The notes under the pieces: generated by a model
Database searches by the model: none
What the model saw: the letters and a program-made list of their open reading frames with translations, nothing else
What the model was told of the DNA's origin: nothing
Assembly: GCF_019464535.1 (NCBI RefSeq)
Contig: NZ_CP080507.1
Location: 2,610,001 to 2,642,000 of the forward strand
Direction: 5' to 3'
From: Horticoccus luteus
Lineage (GTDB): Bacteria; Verrucomicrobiota; Verrucomicrobiia; Opitutales; Opitutaceae
DNA: 32,000 bases
Made by a program: the position numbers and the translations under genes
Part shown: positions 23,487-31,386 of the stretch, one piece after another
How the letters are laid out: every line of letters begins with the position of its first letter
Position numbering within the stretch: the stretch's first letter is position 1

Positions 23487-24464
23487 TTAGCGACCGAGTG
23501 CTTGTCCCCCGCGCAGAATCTCGGCGCACAGCAGGTCGCGGGCTCGATCATACGCAACGTGCTTGCTCAGGGCCCGAAGATTATATGCCACCACCATGCG
23601 ATCGACGGCGATGCGAATATCCATCGTGACGCATGACTCCGCGTAATTCCGCCCGATCACCGATGGCACAATGCACCATGTCCCCTGCGTGTGTGCTGCC
23701 TCCGCCGCTTGCGTATGGCTCTGACAGGCGATCTCGATTTCCAGTCCGGAGAGCACATCCAGCCGTGGCGTCGCTTTGAGTAATTGCTCCCGGATCGGCG
23801 TCCAGGTTGAGGCCTGCTGCACGAATGGTCTCTGCTTCTTTATAAGCCAGCGGATAAGTCCGTTCGCAGTTTGCGGAGCGCCGGCAGCATCCCCGGCGAC
23901 GATGGTGAACGAGTCGTGCCGATACCCCGGCTTCATCTCCAGACCGGCACCTACTTCTCCCTCACGCATGAATCCGAAGTGAAGGATTCCATCACGCAGC
24001 CCGGAGCGAATCTCGGACGACCGCAGGTTACGCGCATCCCAACGCCAGGTGGGATACTTCTTCGCCGTTCTGATCAGCGCCGGCATCAACAAAGACTGCA
24101 TCCACGTATCACCTGCGGCGATAACCCAGGTTTGCTTTTCTTCCTTCGGCGAGGAAATCGCGCGCAGACCATGCAGGAAGATTCGGAACTCACCTGCGAC
24201 ACGCGTTCCAGCCTCGGTCGGGCGAGAGAATCGTCCGCTTCGCCGCAACAGATTCGGACCGAGTTTGAGCGCTTGATTCAGGCGCTCGAGTTTCTGACGA
24301 GCATTCACGCCTCCGGCGGAGAGGTTCTTCTCGCGCCCCTGCTCACGCCCGACCTTCTCCACGCTTTCGGCGCTCACAAGGTCCAGCAAGGTGAGCAGCT
24401 GCCCGAATGTGACCGCCTCAAGATTGCGCTGCCGGATCCACGCTCTTAGCTCCAAAGTTTCCAT
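23487..24464 (-). CDS. LysR-like transcriptional regulator (atypical HTH region)
   Basis: 325 aa. The N-terminal FGQLLTLLDLVSAESVEKVG…NARQKLERLNQALKLGPNLLRRSGRFSRPTEAGTRV follows the LysR wHTH pattern (…LE.L…LF.R.gr…T.AG) with an insertion. The remainder (WVIAAGDTWMQSLLMPALIRTAKKYPTWRWDARNLRSSEIRSGLRDGILHFGF…) resembles the LysR substrate-binding fold. It is divergently transcribed from the helicase gene, a typical LysR layout. Confidence 0.65.
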   Translation of the reverse strand: METLELRAWIRQRNLEAVTFGQLLTLLDLVSAESVEKVGREQGREKNLSAGGVNARQKLERLNQALKLGPNLLRRSGRFSRPTEAGTRVAGEFRIFLHGLRAISSPKEEKQTWVIAAGDTWMQSLLMPALIRTAKKYPTWRWDARNLRSSEIRSGLRDGILHFGFMREGEVGAGLEMKPGYRHDSFTIVAGDAAGAPQTANGLIRWLIKKQRPFVQQASTWTPIREQLLKATPRLDVLSGLEIEIACQSHTQAAEAAHTQGTWCIVPSVIGRNYAESCVTMDIRIAVDRMVVAYNLRALSKHVAYDRARDLLCAEILRGGQALGR

Positions 24465-24515
24465 AACTTAAAACTTATGTGAGTAACGGCGAAGAAACGA
24501 GAATAATCCAATGCC
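24465..24515. promoter_or_regulatory. AT-rich divergent promoter / operator spacer between the LysR-like gene and the helicase gene
   Basis: Only 51 bp separate the two start codons. The line 24481-24540, which includes most of this spacer, counts 48% GC. An imperfect palindrome ATAACTTAAAACTTAT (24464-24479; ATAA-N8-TTAT, 12/16 self-complementary) abuts the regulator start. Confidence 0.35.
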
Positions 24516-27182
24516 ATGAGGCAGGCTGTGAGCATGGAAACGAACCAACTCTCCGCCGCAATACCCCAACCCACGAATTCCCACGTTCCTGCGCTGCACC
24601 AGCAGCTCCTCGCCGAACTTAGCTGGCAACACATCCACACAATGCATTTTCCAGTCCGTGACGGCCGCTGGGTTGCTCCAGCAACCCTCCCGCTGACAGA
24701 TCCGGGACTTCGAGTCGCGTCGCAATCGCCCCTAGGCATATACAAGCATCAACAGCTCGCGCTCGCGCACCTGCTCGCGGGACGCAACACGGCAGTCACC
24801 ACGGGAACCGGTTCAGGTAAGTCTCTAGTGTTTCAAACGGCTGCAATCGATCTGATCGCGAAAGACGATTCGTCCCGAATCCTCGTACTTTACCCGTTGC
24901 GGGCGCTCGCCGAGGAGCAGCATGAGCGTTGGAACAAAGCGTTGCGGATCGCCGGCCTCCAGACAGAGGCACTGCTTATCATCGGCGACGGTATTGGCCG
25001 GGCAGAGCGCGCGAAGGCGATTGCCAAGGCTCGGATCGTGATTGCCACTCCTGACATCCTCCACGCTTGGGCGATGCTGAACCGCGAGAAGGAAGCCGGG
25101 GTTCGTCGATTCTTGAAGCACCTGCGCTTGGTCGCGATCGATGAAGCGCACGCATACACCGCCGTATTCGGGACCCAGTCTGCCTTCTTGTTTCGCCGGC
25201 TCGACCATGCCGTGCGTCGACTTGGTGGCTGCTTCCAAATCGCCGCAGCCTCGGCCACGATGGCAGAAGCGGGCAGTCATCTTCGCGCACTGACCGGCCG
25301 CGACTTCACTCTCGTCGGCCCGGAGAGCGACTCTTCGCCGCAGCACCTGAAGCGCCTTCACTTCATCCAACCTGCTGGGGCGTCAGACCTCATTGCCGGA
25401 CTCGGCCGCTGGTTCCGCGCGTGCGCCGACACCGGCGACAGTCGATTCCTCGCGTTTGTGGAAAGTCGAGTGCAGGCTGAGCACTTCGCGCGAGGCGCAG
25501 GACGGCAGAGCATCGACGATGAAAGCAGCGAGGTGAACGAGACCGGACTCGAAGCCGCCGCCGGAGGCGCGGTGCGAGCCTATCGCTCCGGGTTCGACAA
25601 CTCCTATCGCCGCGAGTTGGTGGACCATCTTCGCAGTGGTCGTGTGTCCGGCCTCATCAGCACAAGTGCGCTTGAACTAGGCATGGATCTCCCCGACCTC
25701 GGACTTGGGTTTATCGTCGGCGCGCCTCGCTCGGCCACGGCTTTCTTTCAGCGACTTGGCCGGTTCGGCCGCCATGGCCCAGCAGATATTTTCATCGTTG
25801 CTGACGGATCTGCGGCCTCCGCCGAATTGATGAGAAATCCGGAGCTAGTGCGCACACTGCCTCTGCAACGCAGCACCCTCTATCTCGACAACCCGCGCGT
25901 CCAATACATCCACGTTCTTTGTCAGGCGCACGAGGAACGTTGGAGTGAGCTGGATAATCCGCCGAGCGAGTTCAGCTCTCAAGTGGATTTTCCCGCCGGC
26001 TTTCTCGAACTCTGCGGAAAAGAGCTTCGCGGCGAATCGGTCGGCGATCTGCGTGCCATGCGACCGGCCGGCGACGAAGCCCCTCATCACGTCTTTCCAC
26101 TACGCGACTGTGATCTCCAGTTCACGGTAAAGTGCGGCCGCGGACATTTTGTCATGAAACTCGGCACGATGACATTCGCTCAAGTCCTGCGTGAAGCCTA
26201 CCCCGGCGCAGTTTATTGGCATGCAGGTCGTGCGTATCGTGTGCGGAGCGTCCAAGTAAATCGGCGCATGGTGCTGGTGGACGAGAGCCGGCAATGCTTC
26301 ACCAAACCGCGTGCTTTGTCCCCGGTGATTCAGCCGGATTTGGCCCCCGAAGCGGTGCTTGTCTGGCGGCAGCACGGTGACCTGTCGGTCGTAGAGACCG
26401 GTCTTCAGGCGCGTGAATCCGTGAGTGGCTTCCATGAACGCCGTGGGAGCGCCGAACGTGATGTTCAGTATCCGCTCCAGGAGAACGAGCCGAGTGGCGT
26501 CGTTTACGCCAATGAACGTTTTTGCCGGCATATCGAATCAACGGGCGTGCTGTTGAGCCATCCGGAGCTTTCCAATGCTGCGGTTCGGATCAGTGAAATC
26601 GCCAGCGCCCTGGAGGACTCCTTCCTGCGCGTGGTGCCGATCGAGCGGCAGGATCTGGCTGCCGGCACTGGTCGGCTCCGGGTTTCACGGCGTGGGCTGC
26701 AGCGCGGCGACCGGTTCGTCGCGCTTTACGACCGGGTCTACGGCAGCCTTCGACTCTCCAGTCATCTGTCGAGCCCGGATGTCCTCAAGGACGTCCTATC
26801 CCGCGCGGTAACCGCGGCGCAGAACTCCGCAAGTATGGACGCCATCACGCTCCAAGCACTCCGTGCGCTAGCGCACTCCGCTCAGGAGTTGGGACGCCAA
26901 GTAGCTGAGCTCGATACACCGACTGACACCACCAACCCAGCCTCCGTCAACCTCGTCCAGGTGATCCGCCCCGGCACCTGTGGAGTTCACCGCTCAAGCG
27001 GAGCCACCTTTCAGGTCGAAGGCGCCTTTTACTCGCCCGGTGGCATTCGCTACCGTGGTCGTTTCGACCACCAGCGGCCAGACGATCTCTCGGGGCACAT
27101 CCCCGCATCCGAGATCCGTGAACTGCCGGGTGAGACAGAATTTGCCCAGTTCGACATCACCGCGGGCGCAATTCTGTCCTGA
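24516..27182 (+). CDS. DEAH-box superfamily-2 helicase of the COG1205 / MrfA-YprA-Hrq1 type with a degenerate DUF1998-like C-terminal region
   Basis: 888 aa. The family-typical lead-in is LGIYKHQQLALAHLLAGRNTAVTTGTGSGKSLVF (motif I). LVAIDEAHAY is motif II (DEAH, 25140-25151), AASATM is motif III and QRLGRFGRHG is motif VI. Then come FPLRDCD… and …REAYPGAVYWHAGRAYRVRSV…, and finally …FVALYDRVYGSLRLS…, which are collinear with MrfA/YprA post-helicase domains. An alternative ATG at 24534 is possible. Confidence 0.9.
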   Translation: MRQAVSMETNQLSAAIPQPTNSHVPALHQQLLAELSWQHIHTMHFPVRDGRWVAPATLPLTDPGLRVASQSPLGIYKHQQLALAHLLAGRNTAVTTGTGSGKSLVFQTAAIDLIAKDDSSRILVLYPLRALAEEQHERWNKALRIAGLQTEALLIIGDGIGRAERAKAIAKARIVIATPDILHAWAMLNREKEAGVRRFLKHLRLVAIDEAHAYTAVFGTQSAFLFRRLDHAVRRLGGCFQIAAASATMAEAGSHLRALTGRDFTLVGPESDSSPQHLKRLHFIQPAGASDLIAGLGRWFRACADTGDSRFLAFVESRVQAEHFARGAGRQSIDDESSEVNETGLEAAAGGAVRAYRSGFDNSYRRELVDHLRSGRVSGLISTSALELGMDLPDLGLGFIVGAPRSATAFFQRLGRFGRHGPADIFIVADGSAASAELMRNPELVRTLPLQRSTLYLDNPRVQYIHVLCQAHEERWSELDNPPSEFSSQVDFPAGFLELCGKELRGESVGDLRAMRPAGDEAPHHVFPLRDCDLQFTVKCGRGHFVMKLGTMTFAQVLREAYPGAVYWHAGRAYRVRSVQVNRRMVLVDESRQCFTKPRALSPVIQPDLAPEAVLVWRQHGDLSVVETGLQARESVSGFHERRGSAERDVQYPLQENEPSGVVYANERFCRHIESTGVLLSHPELSNAAVRISEIASALEDSFLRVVPIERQDLAAGTGRLRVSRRGLQRGDRFVALYDRVYGSLRLSSHLSSPDVLKDVLSRAVTAAQNSASMDAITLQALRALAHSAQELGRQVAELDTPTDTTNPASVNLVQVIRPGTCGVHRSSGATFQVEGAFYSPGGIRYRGRFDHQRPDDLSGHIPASEIRELPGETEFAQFDITAGAILS

Positions 27183-27186
27183 ACCA

Positions 27187-27762
27187 ATGCCTCAAATCTC
27201 CAGCTTTATGAAAACCACCATCATCACCACTCCAAGCGAAGCGATAGCGGCCCTGCGTAGCTACTTTGTGCGAAATAGCGTCACCGCGTTCGACGAGAGT
27301 TCCACGCTGCGTCTCTCCTTCCGTGCCCGCGTGAACGGTTCGGTAATCGCTGTGACGGCCGTTGCTGAACCGCCGATCCCTCGTCTGGTCCTTCTCACGC
27401 GTATTCTTTGCCCTATCGGTGATGCGGTCGATGGCCCTGCTGAATTCTGTAATTTCCTCAATTTGCGCTGCACGTTCGCTTCGTCGTTCATCTCGGACGA
27501 TCCCCGCGAATTCACTTTCGAGAGCGTACTGCATTTGGGCGATGGCATGTGTCTCGCGGCGCAGCTCACCACCTTCGCCGACGGTCACATGGCGGCCGTT
27601 TCGCGCCTGGCCCCCTTGCTCGAGGCATTCGCCCAGCAGCGGATAGGACGACGCGAAGCCGAAGCTTGGTTGTGTCCCACGGAAACCGCCACCGAAGATT
27701 CGCCTGTGCTAAAGGAGCTCGAACGCGATCAGGAGCGCGCCTCCAAGCCAGGCCGCAACTGA
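27187..27762 (+). CDS. hypothetical protein, possibly YbjN / secretion-chaperone-like fold
   Basis: Track ORF 26980..27762 trimmed to the ATG at 27187, 5 nt after the helicase stop, since the upstream part overlaps the helicase. The 191-aa protein alternates beta and alpha patterns (…AIAALRSYFVRNSVTAFDESSTLRLSFRARVNGSVIAVTAV…LVLLTRIL…FCNFLNLRCTFASSFI…FTFESVLHL…). This is reminiscent of YbjN-type domains. The acidic C-tail is an additional feature. The fold assignment comes from memory of the pattern only. Confidence 0.55.
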   Translation: MPQISSFMKTTIITTPSEAIAALRSYFVRNSVTAFDESSTLRLSFRARVNGSVIAVTAVAEPPIPRLVLLTRILCPIGDAVDGPAEFCNFLNLRCTFASSFISDDPREFTFESVLHLGDGMCLAAQLTTFADGHMAAVSRLAPLLEAFAQQRIGRREAEAWLCPTETATEDSPVLKELERDQERASKPGRN

Positions 27763-28055
27763 ATTGCTGTTAGCAGAGTCCGCATTTATCTCTCGTCGCC
27801 ACGGCCTTGCCGCCATATCACGAGCACTCTTCGCCCTTTGGCCCGACACTTCGTTTGTGCGGCATGAACAACAGCTCGAATAGCTCAACTTCTGCATTGT
27901 TGCGTCCCAAACAGCTCGACTTGGATAGCGATCAGCGAGAACTGCTCCGCGCACTTCGGCAAAGGTCGCCATACAATATCAAAACAGGAACCACTTAGAG
28001 GCGTTCATCCTCGAATGGATGGCCTTCAACGCCCTCTGCGAGGCGGCATAGGGGG

Positions 28056-28718
28056 ATGATGCTTGGCGATGCTCCGCAAAGCTTGAAGGGTTCAGGCCAT
28101 CTATCGCTGCTCGCAGATAAACAGCCTTTGACCGGTCGCTTTGTGCGGGGTCAAAGTCACGCCGAGATTCAGATCGATCCTCCGGCTGATTTGTCGATCG
28201 CGCTTCAAGAGCGCCGAGTGGAGTTCTTGATTTATCGGGCTTACATGGAGGAACTGCCAAAGTGGTTGAACTCGCGGTGCGGTCAGATAATCTCAATCGG
28301 AGCTGACGACGTCGGGCTACTCGTGAAAGCGAATGTCACCCGCCAACAGCTCGATGCCGAACTCAAACCGAATCCGCCAGCTGCGGGCGGTGAGCGGGAG
28401 GACGGGGTTCCAACCAACGGCGTCAGCAATCCCGAGGTGAATGGGGCGGTCGACATCGTGTCGAACGCGGCGCAAACGCCATCCCTGCGTCGCTACCACG
28501 GCACCGTTGAGCTGGACACCATGCGCGTAGGCCGCGATGCGAGCCGGGGCGCCGACGAGGTAATCGCTCACTTGGCCGCTCAGCTCGGATCGGAAGTAAC
28601 TGTGCGACTAGAAATCGACGCACACCTGCCCAGGGGCGCGAGTGACCAGCTGGTCCGAATCGTCACCGAGAATGGCCGAACCTTGAAGTTCGAGAGTCAC
28701 GGCTTTGAGAAGGAGTAG
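28056..28718 (+). CDS. hypothetical protein; possibly a surviving C-terminal fragment of a larger gene
   Basis: 220-aa ORF. The last ~80 aa (RRYHGTVELDTMRVGRDASRGADEVIAHLAAQLGSEVTVRLEIDAHLPRGASDQLVRIVTENGRTLKFESHGFEKE) form a well-structured module. I believe it resembles the extreme C-terminus of large DUF499-type defence ATPases, but this is unverified memory. The N-terminal half and the 290 bp upstream look degraded. Confidence 0.45.
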   Translation: MMLGDAPQSLKGSGHLSLLADKQPLTGRFVRGQSHAEIQIDPPADLSIALQERRVEFLIYRAYMEELPKWLNSRCGQIISIGADDVGLLVKANVTRQQLDAELKPNPPAAGGEREDGVPTNGVSNPEVNGAVDIVSNAAQTPSLRRYHGTVELDTMRVGRDASRGADEVIAHLAAQLGSEVTVRLEIDAHLPRGASDQLVRIVTENGRTLKFESHGFEKE

Positions 28719-28785
28719 GAAATCGGCAATGAGGCGCGGTGGGGCGGTCGATGGAGATATCGGTGCGCTCGGGATCGCTCCAAAG

Positions 28786-30132
28786 CTATCGGGGCACGGA
28801 AAGAGCAGCTGGCAAATTGATACGTTTGGGAAGCGCAAACATCTCTCCCGTTTCGGGAATGACGTAGCGCAGCACTGATTCCTGACATCTCTCCAGCAGG
28901 CCTTCCCGCGGTGCCCCGGTGAGCTCGCTGTCCCGACGCACAATCCAAGGCTTCCATTGGGAAAGATCAAGCGAGCCATCCATCTCGGGAATCCTACTCC
29001 AATCCGCCAGCTGCAACCCGACGTAGCAGTTCGTTTCGAGTTCACCCAACGATATACTTTTCCTCCCGTGAGCGAGGTTGTTTCGCTCGTGACGGACAGA
29101 TCTGAGGGCGTGGGCGCAATCCTCACGCGAAATAACCCCCGCGAAGAAGCGGGCGCCCCAAATCGTCGGATCCAGATCTGCCGAGGCGGCCTTTCTCGCC
29201 TGCTCATGAACCAGACCGAACGTGGCGGGTTCCCCCTCCGGCAGCACTTCCTCGGGATCAGAGATCTTCGCTGCCCGACTTAGGCCGTAGCACATGATTT
29301 CGAGTGCCACCTCCGCATACCGGCAGAGCTGCCATTTGGCCCAATCCTCCGGATGCCGCCGCTGCAAGACCGCACCGAACCGATCCAACGGCGCCACCTT
29401 CGTGCTGGGTAGCACTAGGCTGACGGTGCGACATCGATCGCCCAGCGTGAAAGCGATGAACTGCTGGATCACCTCCCGCATCTGCGCCTCGTCGCGAATC
29501 ACCAGCCAAACCTGCAATTCCGCTCCCTCTGCGAGTGTCAGATCGTATTGATCTAGCGTATCCAAAAACTGCTGGAGCAGCAAATGGACGCTCAGGCCGA
29601 AGGCGCCGCATCCGAGCAGAGGGAAAGCAAGCGATGCAACCTGGCGCGCCTGGGCCAAACGTAGGGTCTCAGCGACACAGGCTCGGATCGCTTGGAAATA
29701 ATCCGCTTCGTCGGAACAACCGGGCCGGCCGGGCCAGTCCGCGGGATCGTGAAAGCCCGCGTGAAAGATGTATTTGAAATCGTCCCCTCCGCCGGTGACG
29801 AGAACAGTTCCGGGCCGCTGCACCTCACCTCGGGTGATCTGATCAAGCTCCGCTTGCACGTTCTCGCCGTAACGCATTCGGATCTGGCCACTGAGGGAGT
29901 TGGGATTACGGGCCAGGCGGAACCCCGTCTCCTCGCTGTTCACGATTGCCTCCACCGGCGCCTCCAGGACATCGGCATGCGCGATGGTGAAGCCAAGCCG
30001 CCGCAGCTTTCCTTCGTAGATGATGTTCACGGAGCTGGAAGACAGACGAACGTTCGTCGGCGAGAATGCTGGAGGCAGCGGCCTCGCGGCGAATCTTTTC
30101 GATGACGAAACGCCAGCATGGCCCCTGATCAT
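28786..30132 (-). CDS. Macro domain - HEPN domain fusion protein
   Basis: Macro domain: FTIAHADVLEAPVEAIVNSEE…PGTVLVTGGGDDFKYIFHAGFHDP…VASLAFPLLGCGAFGL. This is collinear with the canonical (DAIVNAAN … G.a.iT.gg.L....iH.vGP … SiAfP.i.tG.yG.) pattern. HEPN domain: helical C-half with ALRSVRHERNNLAHGR, an R-x4-H motif with Asn after the Arg (RNNLAH at 29068-29085). The first 34 codons are Ser/Arg/Pro-rich, so the real start may be the GTG at 30030 (VNIIYEGKL…). Confidence 0.8.
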   Translation of the reverse strand: MIRGHAGVSSSKRFAARPLPPAFSPTNVRLSSSSVNIIYEGKLRRLGFTIAHADVLEAPVEAIVNSEETGFRLARNPNSLSGQIRMRYGENVQAELDQITRGEVQRPGTVLVTGGGDDFKYIFHAGFHDPADWPGRPGCSDEADYFQAIRACVAETLRLAQARQVASLAFPLLGCGAFGLSVHLLLQQFLDTLDQYDLTLAEGAELQVWLVIRDEAQMREVIQQFIAFTLGDRCRTVSLVLPSTKVAPLDRFGAVLQRRHPEDWAKWQLCRYAEVALEIMCYGLSRAAKISDPEEVLPEGEPATFGLVHEQARKAASADLDPTIWGARFFAGVISREDCAHALRSVRHERNNLAHGRKSISLGELETNCYVGLQLADWSRIPEMDGSLDLSQWKPWIVRRDSELTGAPREGLLERCQESVLRYVIPETGEMFALPKRINLPAALSVPR

Positions 30133-30352
30133 GTGCGTCCCGTTCCGCTCCTCCCGTTATCGAGGGGTCGAACGTCAGTATACCGTTGGCTTTGTCGCCG
30201 ACGAAGCTGTGGAGGACCGCTCTTCGGGAGTCGTGGTCGGCGCAAGCCTCGGCGAAGCCGAGCATCACCGGGGTCAGTGCATCGCCGTATAGCAGGCCAA
30301 TCCCACTGTTGAACGCCGGGCAATTGGGCACTCGACATCAGGTATAGCGCGC

Positions 30353-31381
30353 GTGACGAGTTTTAGCTCAAACACACGATGCCGCTCCTGCGCTATATTG
30401 AGACTGCGCTCGACTTCGGCCGAGTGCGCGCGAGAATTTCGTCACTCGCCTGTGACCCGGAAGGAGTTCAACGATAAATGTATCGAGGATCTGATCGCCG
30501 CGGAGTTTCCGCAGCGGGTCGCGGTGATCGGCTCGGGTCCGTCGACGCCTTACGTTCCTTCTATGGGAGCGTTGAAGGACGCGCTGGCCAAGGCGTGCAA
30601 CGTGCAGGGGATCGCTGACGAGTATCCTTGGAATTTCTGCGAACGAGCGTTTGTTGCGAACCCGGAAGCCTACTTCTCGGCAATCGGGACTTCGTTCGAT
30701 GCGGAGGCCCCTCTCTGGGACCCCCGCGCTTACAGGCACCTCGTGCAGATCCCGTTCAAGAGTTATGTCACGTTCAACTATGATCGGTTACTCCCGCGCG
30801 CGTTCTTCGAAAGATACCCCGACTCCAGCCACCTGTTCACAGTCTACCCGAGCCGGCATGGTGATGGCCTGACAACTCAACCCTGCGACTTGGAACACAG
30901 GAGGCGACTGGTCGCGGTGCACGGCTACGCGGATCCCGCAAACCCGAACTGGTCACGTCAGATCATCCTGAAAAGGTCGGATTATAATCATTACTACGCG
31001 GACCCGAAAACGGGCCATCATCTTTTCAACTGGTGGAAGAACCTGCTCACCCATCTGCCCTGCGTATTCATTGGAATGTCTCTGCATGAACCCGGCCTCT
31101 TCCGTGTGGTGGAGCAACTGAGAAAGGACGACCACCCCAAGCTGACTGGGCTCAAACACATTCATCTCGTTAACGTGGAGTGGGCGGAGGACGACCCTGA
31201 TGAGCAAGCTTTGGGCTCGACGTTCGGTGTCTTCCAGAAGATTGCCTACGATCAGGTCGACCATCGGCACAGTGGGCTTCTTCAGGTGCTGGACGCGTTC
31301 TCGCACCTCGGTATCAAGGATCCGAGCCCAAGCCTTCCGCAGATTCCTCCGATCACCGCGACTGAGACCTTTCCTTTCTAA
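30353..31381 (+). CDS. SIR2-like protein (SIR2_2 / defence-associated sirtuin type)
   Basis: VAVIGSGPSTPYVPSMGALKDAL matches the GAG.S…P.w..L segment. IPFKSYVTFNYDRLLPRAF is the TTNYD-type motif (NYD at 30775-30783). LVAVHGYADP…IILKRSDYNHYY holds the catalytic HG (His codon 30920-30922) plus the s..DY segment. LPCVFIGMSLHEPGLFRVVEQL matches the lFiGySl.D segment. There is no in-frame ATG before the domain, so the start is the GTG at 30353 or the GTG at 30452. Confidence 0.8.
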   Translation: MTSFSSNTRCRSCAILRLRSTSAECAREFRHSPVTRKEFNDKCIEDLIAAEFPQRVAVIGSGPSTPYVPSMGALKDALAKACNVQGIADEYPWNFCERAFVANPEAYFSAIGTSFDAEAPLWDPRAYRHLVQIPFKSYVTFNYDRLLPRAFFERYPDSSHLFTVYPSRHGDGLTTQPCDLEHRRRLVAVHGYADPANPNWSRQIILKRSDYNHYYADPKTGHHLFNWWKNLLTHLPCVFIGMSLHEPGLFRVVEQLRKDDHPKLTGLKHIHLVNVEWAEDDPDEQALGSTFGVFQKIAYDQVDHRHSGLLQVLDAFSHLGIKDPSPSLPQIPPITATETFPF

Positions 31382-31386
31382 GTGAA

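Noticed and set aside
23332-23529. 65-aa minus-strand ORF containing ILGHSVMAELVEHL, reminiscent of the tyrosine-recombinase C-terminal LLGHS…Y.H box.
   Set aside because: The similarity covers ~15 residues, the catalytic Tyr position is not Tyr, and no other recombinase boxes are present. I mention it only as a possible relic in the island-boundary finding.
26980-27186. 5' extension of the small ORF (track start 26980) overlapping the helicase 3' end. Similar extensions are 4060..4176 for the PEP-CTERM gene and 19998..20192 for the membrane-TPR gene.
   Set aside because: The extensions are compositionally non-coding or overlap a strong CDS. Internal ATGs give clean N-termini (signal peptide or a tight operon junction).
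30379-30477. Short out-of-frame ORF (MPLLRYIETALDFGRVRARISSLACDPEGVQR) and an AAGGAG + ATG (30478) just upstream of, or inside, the SIR2 5' region. This could be a leader peptide or the true start.
   Set aside because: Both are out of frame with the SIR2 domain, and the ATG-30478 frame translates to Arg/Gly-rich nonsense. I kept the in-frame GTG starts (30353 or 30452) and flagged the uncertainty.
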